A stretch of DNA of 64,000 nt from an uncultured Bacteroidales bacterium. Lineage in GTDB: Bacteria > Bacteroidota > Bacteroidia > Bacteroidales > P3. The stretch lies in NCBI GenBank assembly GCA_937886715.1, contig CAKZZD010000020.1, positions 20,591 to 84,590 on the forward strand, read 5' to 3'. How positions within the stretch are numbered: the first letter of the stretch is position 1; each line of letters starts with the position of its first letter. Of this stretch, positions 52,072 to 62,372 are shown in pieces. The translations under genes were made by a program, and so were the position numbers. The notes beneath the pieces are model-generated. The model was not told where the DNA came from, made no database searches, and saw only the letters and a list, made by a program, of their open reading frames with translations.

Positions 52072-53062
52072 CCTTTGGCCACTTGATCGAATTGCAGATG
52101 CTCTCCACCTGCATCAGATAGTCGCGCTTGTCAAAACGCGGACAGTAGACAAATCCCGTAAGCTCAACCAGCTGCGTCTTGTCGGGCGACAACAGCGTAT
52201 AGGTCACGAACGGGCCTCCCATGAAGTCACCGAACAAGCGCCACAGCCCTCGGGTTTCGACGCAATACGGGCTACCCTCGAATTCCACCACACGGCTCAA
52301 CAGCGGCACTCTGCGTTCCGTGCCCATATAGCTGCTGTCCGCCGGGCCGGCCACCTGCCTCCGCATCACGGTGTCCAGGCGGTTGTATATCTTCGCCACG
52401 GCAAACTGGCTCTCCTCGCGGTACGGCTCCACATACACCAGCACATCCAGCCCGAAGTCTTTCGTCTCTTTGCGGATCCAGGCGAAATCGGCATCGTCTT
52501 TGGCCCATGTGAACTCTTCGCTCAACGTAAGCTCGAAACCGAATTTATCTTTCACCTTCTTCATCAGCCCCACATTGCGGTGATTGTAAAAGGCATTGAT
52601 CATGCGCTTGTGCTCGGCATTGTAGATCTCCTCCACGATCCGCGGCTCATATTTGCGCAGCATCTCTCGAAGCGACGCCTCGCTTTTGGCCGCGATGTCC
52701 ACCACCACCTGCGGACTCGCCCACTGGTCGTGATGGATATAGAATTTGTCCGGATTGTCAGCCTTCACATCGCAGATCACAATGTTGCGGTGCATCTGGA
52801 ACATCTGCGTGTTGTGCAGCGACGATATAGGCACGTTCACCACATCAAAACGCGGCTCCGGCTGCGGCAAAGCTTCCTGTGGGGCACGGAAAATGGAGTC
52901 GATAAGTGCCTTGGTATCACCGGCATAGTAACCTTTGTCGGCAGCTATCAGCACCTCCAGGGTCTTGCCCGACGAGCTGCGCTTGGTCAGGGCCTCGTTC
53001 TGGCGGCTGTGGCACGACACCAGCAGCACCGCCATCATCATAAACAATGCAATATTTTTCAT
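52061..53062 (-). CDS. Lipoprotein of unknown function (DUF4837-like)
   Basis: MKNIALFMMMAVLLVSC is a lipobox. No catalytic motif was recognised. Confidence 0.5.
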   Translation of the reverse strand: MKNIALFMMMAVLLVSCHSRQNEALTKRSSSGKTLEVLIAADKGYYAGDTKALIDSIFRAPQEALPQPEPRFDVVNVPISSLHNTQMFQMHRNIVICDVKADNPDKFYIHHDQWASPQVVVDIAAKSEASLREMLRKYEPRIVEEIYNAEHKRMINAFYNHRNVGLMKKVKDKFGFELTLSEEFTWAKDDADFAWIRKETKDFGLDVLVYVEPYREESQFAVAKIYNRLDTVMRRQVAGPADSSYMGTERRVPLLSRVVEFEGSPYCVETRGLWRLFGDFMGGPFVTYTLLSPDKTQLVELTGFVYCPRFDKRDYLMQVESICNSIKWPKDEE

Positions 53063-54042
53063 TTTCGTAACGTTTTTCTCCATCCATGAAAATCGGATAT
53101 GGCCGTCTCTATCGGCGTCTGCCGAAGACCCAACTCTCTTACGGCCAGCCTATTGTCGTAACATTCACGCACCATCAACTGCTTGACGTTGCGCGTCGAA
53201 AGTTCGGTTCGCACGCCCAAGGCCCGCAGGGCATCGCCCATCGCGCCGGCGGCCGCCATCATCCATCTCGGCAGCACAATCTGCCGTTGGCAATAGCCTT
53301 CCACTCGCGCCTGCACCCTGTACAACTCGCTGATAGTAAGATCTCCCGACGGATTGGTGACGATATATCTCCGCCCGTTTTCCCCACGCGTCAGCGCCGA
53401 CACTGCGGCCTGCGCCACATCGTCCACATGCACAAAACTCTTGCCCCCACTCGGCACCGCCATCAGCGGCTTCCGATATGCCGCCAGTAGCAACCGCCCC
53501 GACGAGGGTTTCACATCATAAGCCCCTATCAGGAATCCGGGGTTGAGCACCACCACATGCCAGTCACCATGTTCCGCGGCAGCTTCAAGCAGCTCTTTCT
53601 CTCCCTCTCGCTTGCTGTCGGCATAATAGCTGCCCTTGAACGGCTCACGCATCTGCCTCCTCTCGTCGGCAGGGTCGTTTGGATCGCCAAAACCGATGGT
53701 ATTGACCGTCGACACATGCACCAACCTACTGATTCCATGACTTTTCATCACCTCAACAAGCCTCCTGCACAGGTCGCGGTTCACAGGAAGATAGTCTGCA
53801 TAATGGCGAAGCGACATGTCCGTGGTGCCGGCACAATTGACAATTGCGTCGCACCCCTCGGCAGCATTGCCTAGCGCCCCGTCGTCAAGCAACGACCCTA
53901 CCCGCTCCTGCCACTCGCCATCGGCCAGGCGCACTTTGCCCGTCTGTCGCACCAGACAAACCACCTCGTGGCCTGCCTGCAGCAGCCATCGCAGCACATT
54001 GTGCCCCAGCAATCCAGTTGCGCCGAGCAACATCACCTTCAT
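53059..54042 (-). CDS. NAD-dependent epimerase/dehydratase (extended SDR) family protein
   Basis: The start is MKVMLLGATGLLGHNV (Rossmann GxxGxxG) at 54042. The YADSK catalytic motif is present. Confidence 0.8.
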   Translation of the reverse strand: MKVMLLGATGLLGHNVLRWLLQAGHEVVCLVRQTGKVRLADGEWQERVGSLLDDGALGNAAEGCDAIVNCAGTTDMSLRHYADYLPVNRDLCRRLVEVMKSHGISRLVHVSTVNTIGFGDPNDPADERRQMREPFKGSYYADSKREGEKELLEAAAEHGDWHVVVLNPGFLIGAYDVKPSSGRLLLAAYRKPLMAVPSGGKSFVHVDDVAQAAVSALTRGENGRRYIVTNPSGDLTISELYRVQARVEGYCQRQIVLPRWMMAAAGAMGDALRALGVRTELSTRNVKQLMVRECYDNRLAVRELGLRQTPIETAISDFHGWRKTLRK

Positions 54043-54480
54043 GCTTTTTTTAACGAAACTTTCCCCATAATATTGTACCCCCGCCCGCGATCCGGCCAAT
54101 TATTCCTCTTTTTCACATTTTTTAAATCTGACCGCCCTCAAAAATGCCCCCGTTGTAGGAAAATCACATCTCCCTCTGAACCAACTCTTTCTACCAAGCC
54201 CCTCCAACCCCTCTCCAACCCCTCTCCATGCCGCCCCATCCTTCATCCGGAAATGGCGATATGTTGCCCCATTGGTGCCTCCCTGTTGCCAAGCAGTTCC
54301 CCACCTGTCACCTGGCTGTCTTCTTTCTGCTGCCAATATGCATCCCTTCTCAAAACCGGTAATCAGCCACATAAACCACATGCTATCAGAAATATAATAG
54401 CATTTTTAGTCCAAATAATAAAAAACCATCATTCAACTCTCATAACAACACATAACTCTCTGCAAGCATGACATATACAA

Positions 54481-54515
54481 CAATGCACCGATGCCGTTAT
54501 GGCATCGGTGCATTG
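54481..54515 (-). terminator. 15-bp perfect hairpin downstream of pgi
   Basis: The sequence is caatgcaccgatgcc-gttat-ggcatcggtgcattg. Confidence 0.6.
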
Positions 54516-54553
54516 CACACTATTAAAGGCATCAGAAAGCTGCGTTCTGGCAA

Positions 54554-55861
54554 TCAGAAACCAGGCTTCCCCAGCAAGTGGAACATGTTCTTCTTGTAAG
54601 CCTCGACGCCAGGCTGGTCAAACGGGTTCACCCCAAGAGTATATCCGCTTACGCCACACGCAAACTCAAAGAAATATATGAGCTGTCCAAGGGTGTATTC
54701 GTCAATGCGTTCCACCTCAATCGTCACCACCGGCACTCCGCCGTCTTTGTGCGCAAGCAGTGTGCCCATCGTAGCACAATCGTTGATCGATGTCAACGAT
54801 TTGCCGTCCAGATAGTTTATGCCATCCAGATTGCGTTCGTCATGCGGCACCGCCACATGGGAGGCAGGCTTCTTGACAAGCAGCATGGTTTCCATCATCA
54901 GGCGCTCGCCGTCTTGCACATATTGGCCCATCGAATGGAGGTCGGTGGTAATGCTGATGCTGTGGGGCATCAAGCCTTTACCCTGCTTGCCTTCACTCTC
55001 GCCGTATAGCTGCTTCCACCACTCGGCAAAATAGCGCAGGCTGGGCAACGCGCTGACCATCAGCTCGATCTTCTTTCCGCCACGGTAGAGCACATTGCGG
55101 ATGGCAGCGTACACAAGTGCAGGATTGTCATCGAAGGGCACCGACGACAAACAGATGCGTCGGGCATCGCGGGCACCTTCGAGCAGGCGGTCGATGTCGT
55201 ATCCTGCCATCGCAATGGGCAACAGACCCACAGGCGTCAGCACCGAAAAACGGCCACCGACATTGTCGGGAATGACATACATCGGATAGCCCTCCTGAAC
55301 GCCAATCTCATGCAGCGCCCCCCGATGGGCATCGGTAACGGCTATGATACGGGATGCCGCCTCATCACGTCCATACTTGTTCTCGAGATGGGCTTTCACC
55401 AGTCGGAAAGCCACAGCAGGCTCAGTGGTGGTGCCCGATTTCGATATCACCACAACGCTGTAGTCTTCGCGGTCAAGCAGGGCAAAAAGCTGCGAATAGT
55501 AGTCCTCGCTCAACGTATGTCCGGCATATACCACATAGGGATGAGCCCCTCGCACCATGGAGGCAAACTCAGACTGCAAGGCTTCGATGACCATGCGGGC
55601 ACCCAGGTAGGATCCCCCAATGCCGATAACCACAAACAATTTGCTCTTGGGCGCAAGGCGCGCCACGTCGGCCTGAATGCGTCCGACGATGGTGGGATCA
55701 AGATTTTCAGGCAGGTCTACCCAGCCGAGAAAATCGTTGCCGGCGGCATCACCGGTGACAAGGTGGCGCTTGGCAGCCTCAACCTCAGGCTTGACAGCCT
55801 CGTAAGCTTCGCGCCCCACAAGGTCAATCGCGTGTTTAATGTTGATATTGATCTGCTCCAT
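54554..55861 (-). CDS. pgi: Glucose-6-phosphate isomerase
   Basis: It contains FLGWVDLP, VVIGIGGSYLGARMV, SKSGTTTEP and GVNPFDQPGVEAYK. Confidence 0.9.
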   Translation of the reverse strand: MEQININIKHAIDLVGREAYEAVKPEVEAAKRHLVTGDAAGNDFLGWVDLPENLDPTIVGRIQADVARLAPKSKLFVVIGIGGSYLGARMVIEALQSEFASMVRGAHPYVVYAGHTLSEDYYSQLFALLDREDYSVVVISKSGTTTEPAVAFRLVKAHLENKYGRDEAASRIIAVTDAHRGALHEIGVQEGYPMYVIPDNVGGRFSVLTPVGLLPIAMAGYDIDRLLEGARDARRICLSSVPFDDNPALVYAAIRNVLYRGGKKIELMVSALPSLRYFAEWWKQLYGESEGKQGKGLMPHSISITTDLHSMGQYVQDGERLMMETMLLVKKPASHVAVPHDERNLDGINYLDGKSLTSINDCATMGTLLAHKDGGVPVVTIEVERIDEYTLGQLIYFFEFACGVSGYTLGVNPFDQPGVEAYKKNMFHLLGKPGF

Positions 55862-56006
55862 ATTTGTTAATATTTAACATTGTTTTTTTCGCTCTGATGC
55901 AGAAAACAAGGGGATTCTGCAAAAAAATGATTGTCGTAACTGCAATATTTTCTTCACATTAACGTAATAGAGAAAAAAATATTTTAATTATATTGAAAAA
56001 AATATG

Positions 56007-56014
56007 TACTTTTG
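56007..56014 (+). promoter_or_regulatory. Candidate -7 box (TActTTTG) for the OmpA-family gene
   Basis: tacttttg lies 64 nt upstream of the ATG at 56078, in an AT-rich region. Confidence 0.4.
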
Positions 56015-56077
56015 CACCCAAATAATGCACGGGAGAAATGTGCCCATTGCAGTAGAAATAAACAACATTAATATATC

Positions 56078-57379
56078 ATGATGAAAAAAGTATTCAAATT
56101 TGGTTTGATGATGTCACTTATGCTGGCATCAGTCAGTGCTTTTGCACAGAGCAGTAGCAAGGTGGAATATCCTCACTACAGCTTCTTCAGCAATTGGTCG
56201 GTGGGAGCTTCCCTCGACCTGAACTGGGAAATCCAGCAGGGCCCCATGGGCTTCAACGATGCCCGTTGGCGCGTGAGCACCAACATCGGTAACGACCTGG
56301 TCTTCCAGAAAGAGTTGGATTACATCCTGGATCTTCGTCTGCGTCTTGGCGCTCCCAGCTGGGGCGACCCCCGCACGGACCTCACCGGTGATGGCGATTT
56401 CTGCGATCTCGACCGCCACTGGACTGCCACCATCGACGCTTTGATCTCGATCAACGACGCTATCCTCGGCTATGATCCCGACCGTCGCTTCAGCATCTAC
56501 CAGTTTGTGGGTGCAGGTGCCAAATTCAGCGGCAATTTCTTCGACCTGAGCGACCCCGAGCGCGACAACATCCATCCTTCGATGGCTAAGGACGGCCGCG
56601 CTACCGTCGTTGTCGATGCCGGTCTCGGTATGAGCTACCGCGTCTGCGAGCACAGCACCCTCTTCTGCGAATATGGTATGGACATGACTGAGCTCCCCGA
56701 CATCTTCGCCCATGGCATCAACACCTTCGACCGTTGGCACAACACCAACGCCATTCTCCGTGTTGGCTACATGTACAACTTCGGTCTGACCGCTGCCGAC
56801 AAGGCCATCGCCGCCCAGAAGTCGATGCTCACTGAAGAAAACTTCGGTGCCCTCAACTCCCAGATCGACAACCTCCAGAACCAGGTCAACAACTCGCGCA
56901 ACAACGAGAAGAAACTCGAAAACCGCATCGCCCAGCTCGAAGATCAGCTCGCTAAGGCCCGCGCCGACCAGGCCAAGGTCAACAACAGCGCTGCTGCCGA
57001 TAGCCTCCAGGCTGTCATCGACCAGATCAAGGCCGACCAGCTGAACTTCTACGCCATGCCCTTCTCGGTGCTCTACGGTGTCGACCAGTGGCAGGTGCCC
57101 GCCAGCGAGAACGACAAGGTTAAAGCCGTTGCCCGCGTGCTGAAAGACAACCCCGGTGTGAAGATCATGGTGGTTGGTTTTGCTGACTACACTGGCAGCG
57201 ACCAGTACAACATGAAGCTCTCCGAGAAGCGTGCCAACGAGGTGAAACGCCTCCTTGTCAACAAGTATGGCATTGCTGAGGATCGCATCCAGACCGACTA
57301 TAAAGGCAAGAGCGTCGCTTTCGGCGACATCCAGTATGCCCTCAACCGTCGCGTCAGCTTCTATCGCGTGATTGAATAG
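56078..57379 (+). CDS. OmpA-family outer-membrane protein (barrel, coiled coil, OmpA_C)
   Basis: It has a signal peptide, a coiled coil (QIDNLQNQVNNSRNNEKKLENRIAQLEDQLAKA), and GFADYTGSDQYNMKLSEKRANEV. Confidence 0.8.
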   Translation: MMKKVFKFGLMMSLMLASVSAFAQSSSKVEYPHYSFFSNWSVGASLDLNWEIQQGPMGFNDARWRVSTNIGNDLVFQKELDYILDLRLRLGAPSWGDPRTDLTGDGDFCDLDRHWTATIDALISINDAILGYDPDRRFSIYQFVGAGAKFSGNFFDLSDPERDNIHPSMAKDGRATVVVDAGLGMSYRVCEHSTLFCEYGMDMTELPDIFAHGINTFDRWHNTNAILRVGYMYNFGLTAADKAIAAQKSMLTEENFGALNSQIDNLQNQVNNSRNNEKKLENRIAQLEDQLAKARADQAKVNNSAAADSLQAVIDQIKADQLNFYAMPFSVLYGVDQWQVPASENDKVKAVARVLKDNPGVKIMVVGFADYTGSDQYNMKLSEKRANEVKRLLVNKYGIAEDRIQTDYKGKSVAFGDIQYALNRRVSFYRVIE

Positions 57380-57401
57380 TTTGCAATCAGCCTATAATTT
57401 A

Positions 57402-57440
57402 GGGAAAGCCCCTGCCTTTCGGCGGGGGCTTTCCTGATTT
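57402..57440. terminator. Bidirectional terminator between convergent genes
   Basis: The sequence is ggaaagcccc-tgcctttcggc-ggggctttcc, flanked by T/A runs. Confidence 0.65.
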
Positions 57441-57461
57441 ATATACTATATGATATGTATA

Positions 57462-58595
57462 CTATTCGGCGACGACGCTGTACTCAACACGGCGGTTGCG
57501 CTGACGTCCTTCCGGGGTGTCGTTGCTGTCGACGGGTACTGCAGCCCCGTACCCTTTCCACATGAGTCGGGTGGGAGAAATCCCCTGGCCGACGAGATAG
57601 TCGGCCACAGCCTTGGCGCGAGCCTCGGACAAAGCCTGGTTGAACTCGGCTGAGCCTTGGTTGTCGGTATGGCCATGCACCTCGATACGCATCGTGGGTC
57701 GAGCTTGCATCAACTCTGCCAGTCGCTGCAACTCGCTGTACGAAGCCGGCAACAGATCGCTCTTCCCCACCTCAAAGTAAATATTGTTCAGCGACACCAT
57801 GGCTGGCGGCGCAGCCTCCTCCGCATCATCGGCCAAGGCCGGCATGCTGACGCACTCGACACTGACATCGTCGACAAAGTAATATGCACCCATAAGCACC
57901 GCCTGGTCGTTGTCCATTTCTGTGACCGACGATTTGTTGAAGTCGTTGAAATTGCCGATGGTGAGGAATCGCTCACCACCTTCGGCCACAAACTCGCCGC
58001 TGACTTCCATCCACTCTTCCATCTGATCGAGCACTCTGCTACGGTCGTTGACAACTTGCGGCAGGAGTGGAGTGGATATGGAGAGGCTGGCATCGTCGCC
58101 AAAACGGGTCTCTTCACGGTTGGCCAGCACCCCACTGATGGAGTCGCCGACCCGCATCGGGGTCATCAAGGCCCCCAAAGTGGCCACCGCATGCGGCGAC
58201 TTGTCGGCCAGGCTGACATAGAACGTCACGCGATAGCGACCTCCCCGCTGCAAGGGCTCCGTCAATTCGGTTTGAAGATACTCTCGGTAGTGTTCCTGCG
58301 AACAATAAATGCCACAATAGGCGTTGCCCGTACGCGGAACCTGCATGCCCAGCTTGTTGCGCGGCACGGTGCATTCGCGCTTGCCGCAAGCATGGAAATA
58401 GTCGCTGCTGCCGGCCGTAGGCTGCCACCAGCCCACAACGCCCTTCATCACACCGTTGGCCTCGACTTTCTCGGGACATAAGGTATGGTCCTCAAACGAC
58501 GGATTGGCCACCAGGTTCCGTCCCGTCTGGGCCACTGCATGGCTACAGAAGAAAAAACCAAGGAAAGCCGACAACAAAAACCAACGCCGCTTCAT
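57462..58595 (-). CDS. OmpA-family protein with an N-terminal beta-sandwich-like domain
   Basis: The start is MKRRWFLLSAFLGFFF at 58595 (ATGA overlap with the upstream GT4). The C-terminus has HGHTDNQGSAEFNQALSEARAKAV. Confidence 0.8.
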   Translation of the reverse strand: MKRRWFLLSAFLGFFFCSHAVAQTGRNLVANPSFEDHTLCPEKVEANGVMKGVVGWWQPTAGSSDYFHACGKRECTVPRNKLGMQVPRTGNAYCGIYCSQEHYREYLQTELTEPLQRGGRYRVTFYVSLADKSPHAVATLGALMTPMRVGDSISGVLANREETRFGDDASLSISTPLLPQVVNDRSRVLDQMEEWMEVSGEFVAEGGERFLTIGNFNDFNKSSVTEMDNDQAVLMGAYYFVDDVSVECVSMPALADDAEEAAPPAMVSLNNIYFEVGKSDLLPASYSELQRLAELMQARPTMRIEVHGHTDNQGSAEFNQALSEARAKAVADYLVGQGISPTRLMWKGYGAAVPVDSNDTPEGRQRNRRVEYSVVAE

Positions 58596-59719
58596 CTGGC
58601 TTCCACTGTGTTCATGAGACTTTGCCACAGCAGACCGGCGGTGCGGTCCCAACTATAGCGCTTGCGCTGCTCGCGACCCCGACTGACGAGATCGGCACGA
58701 AGGTGGGGATCACGTAGACGGGCTATCTTAGCGGCGATGTCGTCGGGACTGTAGGGATCGACATAAAGCACCGCATCGCCTCCCACTTCAGGCATCGAGG
58801 TAGTGGACGAAGCTATCACCGGCACCTCGGCATACATGGCCTCGAGGATGGGTATGCCAAAACCCTCAAAGTATGACGGATACACCAACATTTCGGCAGC
58901 AGACATAAGCAAAGAGAGCAGTTCCGAATCGGCTCGCCCCATCATGATCACATCATCCCGATGATGCATATTGTCGTAGGCGGCAGCCAGCTCGTCTTTC
59001 CACCACACCTTGCTGCCGACAACCACGAGCTTCAACCCGCTATTGTCGTCTTCCTTAACCTTGTCAAAAGCCAACAGCAAATTGGCCAAATTCTTGCGTT
59101 TCAGGATTGTGCTGACAAAGATGATATAAGGGCACCCCTGCGTGAAGCGCTGCCGGACGACGGCATTCTGGGCCTCGGAATGGGGACGATAGTTATGGTG
59201 CGAGCCATTGTAGACCACGTCGATCTTGTCGACATCGATATGATAGGTATCGGCGATGTCGCGCCTGGAGTATTCCGACACCGTCGCCAACCTCGCAGCC
59301 TTCTTGGCAAAACGGGGGAAAAAGTGCGTCATATACCACTGGTGCGATCTCTTCAGGTTGCCGCTGGCATGCTCGAAATTAAGGTCATGTATCACTGCAA
59401 GCGACGGCACACTTGAATGAAGCGGAATCATCCCATCGGGCGACAGAAACACGTCGGCATGGATCTCGTCAAGCTTGCGCCTGACGCTCCATTCAAAGAA
59501 AAGATACCACAAAACGGGATGACGGGCCTGTGGGCACAGCACCACCGGATGCACATTGCGACTGAAAATGAACTCCATCGACGGACGACGGTCAAAGAAA
59601 AAGTAGAACTCATCGTCAGGATGCGCCGCCACCATGCGTCTCAACGTCTCGCAGGTGAACCATCCGATTCCGTCGAGTCGCTGCGGCAACAATAGTCGGG
59701 TGTTGACAGCGATACGCAT
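58592..59719 (-). CDS. Glycosyltransferase family 4 (GT-B)
   Basis: It contains PSYFEGFGIPILEAMYAEVPVIASSTTSMPEVGGDA. Confidence 0.85.
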   Translation of the reverse strand: MRIAVNTRLLLPQRLDGIGWFTCETLRRMVAAHPDDEFYFFFDRRPSMEFIFSRNVHPVVLCPQARHPVLWYLFFEWSVRRKLDEIHADVFLSPDGMIPLHSSVPSLAVIHDLNFEHASGNLKRSHQWYMTHFFPRFAKKAARLATVSEYSRRDIADTYHIDVDKIDVVYNGSHHNYRPHSEAQNAVVRQRFTQGCPYIIFVSTILKRKNLANLLLAFDKVKEDDNSGLKLVVVGSKVWWKDELAAAYDNMHHRDDVIMMGRADSELLSLLMSAAEMLVYPSYFEGFGIPILEAMYAEVPVIASSTTSMPEVGGDAVLYVDPYSPDDIAAKIARLRDPHLRADLVSRGREQRKRYSWDRTAGLLWQSLMNTVEAR

Positions 59720-59724
59720 TCGTT

Positions 59725-60312
59725 TCAGCCTTTGATGGTACGATCGATCACTTGGGGGAAATACTCCTTCTCAAGGAGGTGTATTTTGGCCGCCAACGTG
59801 TCGGGCGTATCGTCGGGTGTCACCGTGCAACGTGCTTGGAACAAGGTAGTTCCGCGATCGTAGTGCTCGTCCACAATATGGATTGTGATGCCGCTCTCAG
59901 TCTCGTGGTTGGCCACGACAGCTTCATGCACATGATGGCCGTACATGCCTTTGCCGCCATAGGCCGGCAACAGCGCAGGATGGATATTGATCACGTGGTT
60001 GGGATAGGCCTTGAGTATCGCCTCAGGCATCAGCCAGAGGAATCCGGCAAGAATCACCCAGTCGACTTGTTTTGCGCGCATATAGTCCAAAACGGCAGTC
60101 GTTTCGTAGAAATCCTTGCGACCAAAATAGCGTGCCTCCACGCCTAAATTGCGGGCACGTTCGGCTATGTAGGCATCCTTCTTGTTATAGATGATACATG
60201 CCACCTCGACATCTTGCCGGCCGGCAAAATATTCGGTGATCTGCTGCGCATTGGTGCCGTTGCCGGAGCCGAGGATGGCCAGTCGGATTACATTGTCCAT
60301 TTGAAGAAGCAT
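59725..60312 (-). CDS. purN: Phosphoribosylglycinamide formyltransferase
   Basis: It contains LAILGSGNGTNAQ, VINIHPALLPAYGG and GITIHIVDEHYDRG. An alternative start, MDNVIR, lies at 60300. Confidence 0.9.
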   Translation of the reverse strand: MLLQMDNVIRLAILGSGNGTNAQQITEYFAGRQDVEVACIIYNKKDAYIAERARNLGVEARYFGRKDFYETTAVLDYMRAKQVDWVILAGFLWLMPEAILKAYPNHVINIHPALLPAYGGKGMYGHHVHEAVVANHETESGITIHIVDEHYDRGTTLFQARCTVTPDDTPDTLAAKIHLLEKEYFPQVIDRTIKG

Positions 60313-60526
60313 TTGGTCCGTTTTGTATTTGAAGATGCAAATTTACATAAAAATACTGACATGGTGAAATCCCAAGGAGAAACTGCGCACAAAATGCATA
60401 CACAAACGACATGTTACATGATAGTTACAAAAAAAAACAATTTAACGCGCAGACACCTATAACACTTCTCTCCTCAATGCTGTTGGGATATAATAAAGAC
60501 ACGCAAATATCGTTATAGCAATCAGA

Positions 60527-61126
60527 ATGATCCACGAAGAGAACATAGCCATCGAACGGCACCCACTGCGGCCCTTCCTTCCCGAGGGGGCACGCCTGCT
60601 GATGCTCGGCAGTTTCCCGCCGCAACGAAAACGCTGGTGCATGGATTTCTTCTACCCCAACCGCACCAATATGATGTGGGAGATTTTCGGTCTTGTGTTT
60701 TTCGGCGACAGCCAGCGGCTGGTGGACGCCGAGCGCAAGACGTTCCGCTTGGCGGATATCAAGGACTTGCTGTCTGACCGCGGCATCGCCATATACGACA
60801 CCGCCACTGCCGTGCGCCGACTCAGCGGCAACGCCTCCGACAAAGACCTCGAGATTGTCGAGCAAACCGACATCGCGGCCCTGCTGGCGCAGATACCGCA
60901 GTGTCACGACATCGTGTGCACAGGGCAGAAAAGCTTCTCGGTGCTGACCAAGGACTACGGTGTGCCCATGCCGCAGATGGGCACTTTCAACGAGTTCTCC
61001 ATCGCCGGCCGGCCGATGCGCCTCTGGCGCATGCCGTCGTCCTCACGCGCCTATCCCATGCCGCTGGCCGAGAAGGCTTCTTACTACCGCCGACTGATGC
61101 AAACCATTGGAATATTGACAAAATAG
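60527..61126 (+). CDS. Uracil-DNA glycosylase superfamily protein
   Basis: It contains LLMLGSFPP and MPSSSRAY, motifs typical of UDG-family (deoxyinosine/uracil glycosylase-like) proteins. Confidence 0.6.
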   Translation: MIHEENIAIERHPLRPFLPEGARLLMLGSFPPQRKRWCMDFFYPNRTNMMWEIFGLVFFGDSQRLVDAERKTFRLADIKDLLSDRGIAIYDTATAVRRLSGNASDKDLEIVEQTDIAALLAQIPQCHDIVCTGQKSFSVLTKDYGVPMPQMGTFNEFSIAGRPMRLWRMPSSSRAYPMPLAEKASYYRRLMQTIGILTK

Positions 61127-61134
61127 CCATAATT

Positions 61135-61422
61135 ATGGAGCACCGTTTTACTGCCATCATCGAGCGCAGCGGCGACATGGATGCCGCCTATGTGGTGGTG
61201 CCTGTCGACATCCGCGCCGTCTATGGCATGGGACGTCTAAAGGTGGAGGCCACCTTCGACGGTGAGCCCTACTGCGGCAGCGTAGTGAATATGGGTGTCA
61301 AGGATGCCGAGGGGCGCATCTGCTACATCATCGGCATCACCAAAGCCATCCGCAAGCGGATTGGTAAAAGCTTTGGCGACACGGTGACGGTGGCGCTGCG
61401 AGCGGTGCCTACCGGAAAGTGA
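61135..61422 (+). CDS. DUF1905-like small protein
   Basis: Frame of ORF 60901..61422. The start is MEHRFTAIIERSG at 61135. The VEATFDGEPYCGSVVNMG pattern is present. Confidence 0.55.
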   Translation: MEHRFTAIIERSGDMDAAYVVVPVDIRAVYGMGRLKVEATFDGEPYCGSVVNMGVKDAEGRICYIIGITKAIRKRIGKSFGDTVTVALRAVPTGK

Positions 61423-62269
61423 GCACGAATTCGGTGCCCGCACCGTCGCTGCGAGTCAGCTCGATGGAACCATTGTGGGCTTGAAGGATCTGGCGCGAAA
61501 GGCTGAGTCCTATGCCGTTGCCTTGCGGTTTTGTGGTGTAGAACGGGATGAATATCTGCTGCTGGCTGCCGGTGGGGATCGGAGCGCCGTTGTTGCGCAC
61601 GCGGATGATGGTCTGGCTGTCGGCGGTGAGCTCGGCAGTGATGGTTATTTGTGAGGCGCCGGCCTCGATGGCGTTGCTGACGAGGTTGATGAGGATGCGG
61701 CTGAGCTGAGCCTGATCGGCATAGATGAGGGTGTCGCTGCTGAGTTCGCTGAAAGAGCAGTGCACACCCGCTTCGCGACACCGTTCGCGCGTCAGGTCAA
61801 TGACGCCGTCTATGAGGTCGCGCACCATCAGCGGTTTCTTTATAGGTCTGGCCACGCCCGTCAGTTCGCGGTAGCTCTGCACGAAGTCGATAAGTCCGCG
61901 GCTGCTGCTGCCGATAGTTTCCAGTCCTGCGGCGATATCGTCTTGGTGTTTCAGCATCTCGTCGTTCGTGTAGCGGCTGAGGGTGTCGCTGAGCGAGGCA
62001 ATAGGACCGACGGTGTTCATGATTTCGTGGGTCAGCACACGGATGAGCTTGGTCCACGACTCGGTCTCGTTCTGGCTTCGCCGCCGGTCGACGATCCATT
62101 TGATGCGGTTCAGCGTACGGTTGAAACGGCTTTTGTCGTCGAAGCGGAAGTTGTATTCGCCGTCCTCAAAAGCATCGAGCATATAGGCGATCTTGCGGCG
62201 GTCGCGCTCGCGCACTATGATGGCGGTGGCTGCTATTGCAACGAAAACGATAACGAAAACGATGTACAT
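61409..62269 (-). CDS. Sensor histidine kinase (HisKA + HATPase_c)
   Basis: It has an N-terminal TM, the H-box LTHEIMNTVGPI, the N-box LINLVSNAIEA and the G-box KPQGNGIGLSL. Confidence 0.9.
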   Translation of the reverse strand: MYIVFVIVFVAIAATAIIVRERDRRKIAYMLDAFEDGEYNFRFDDKSRFNRTLNRIKWIVDRRRSQNETESWTKLIRVLTHEIMNTVGPIASLSDTLSRYTNDEMLKHQDDIAAGLETIGSSSRGLIDFVQSYRELTGVARPIKKPLMVRDLIDGVIDLTRERCREAGVHCSFSELSSDTLIYADQAQLSRILINLVSNAIEAGASQITITAELTADSQTIIRVRNNGAPIPTGSQQQIFIPFYTTKPQGNGIGLSLSRQILQAHNGSIELTRSDGAGTEFVLTFR

Positions 62270-62372
62270 GTTTTTTTCTAATCAACATTAACGTTAACTT
62301 TGACCTTAACTGGCTGCCGCATCACGGATTGCTGGAAACATTCTGAGGTTAACGTTAAGGTTAAGGTTAAAG

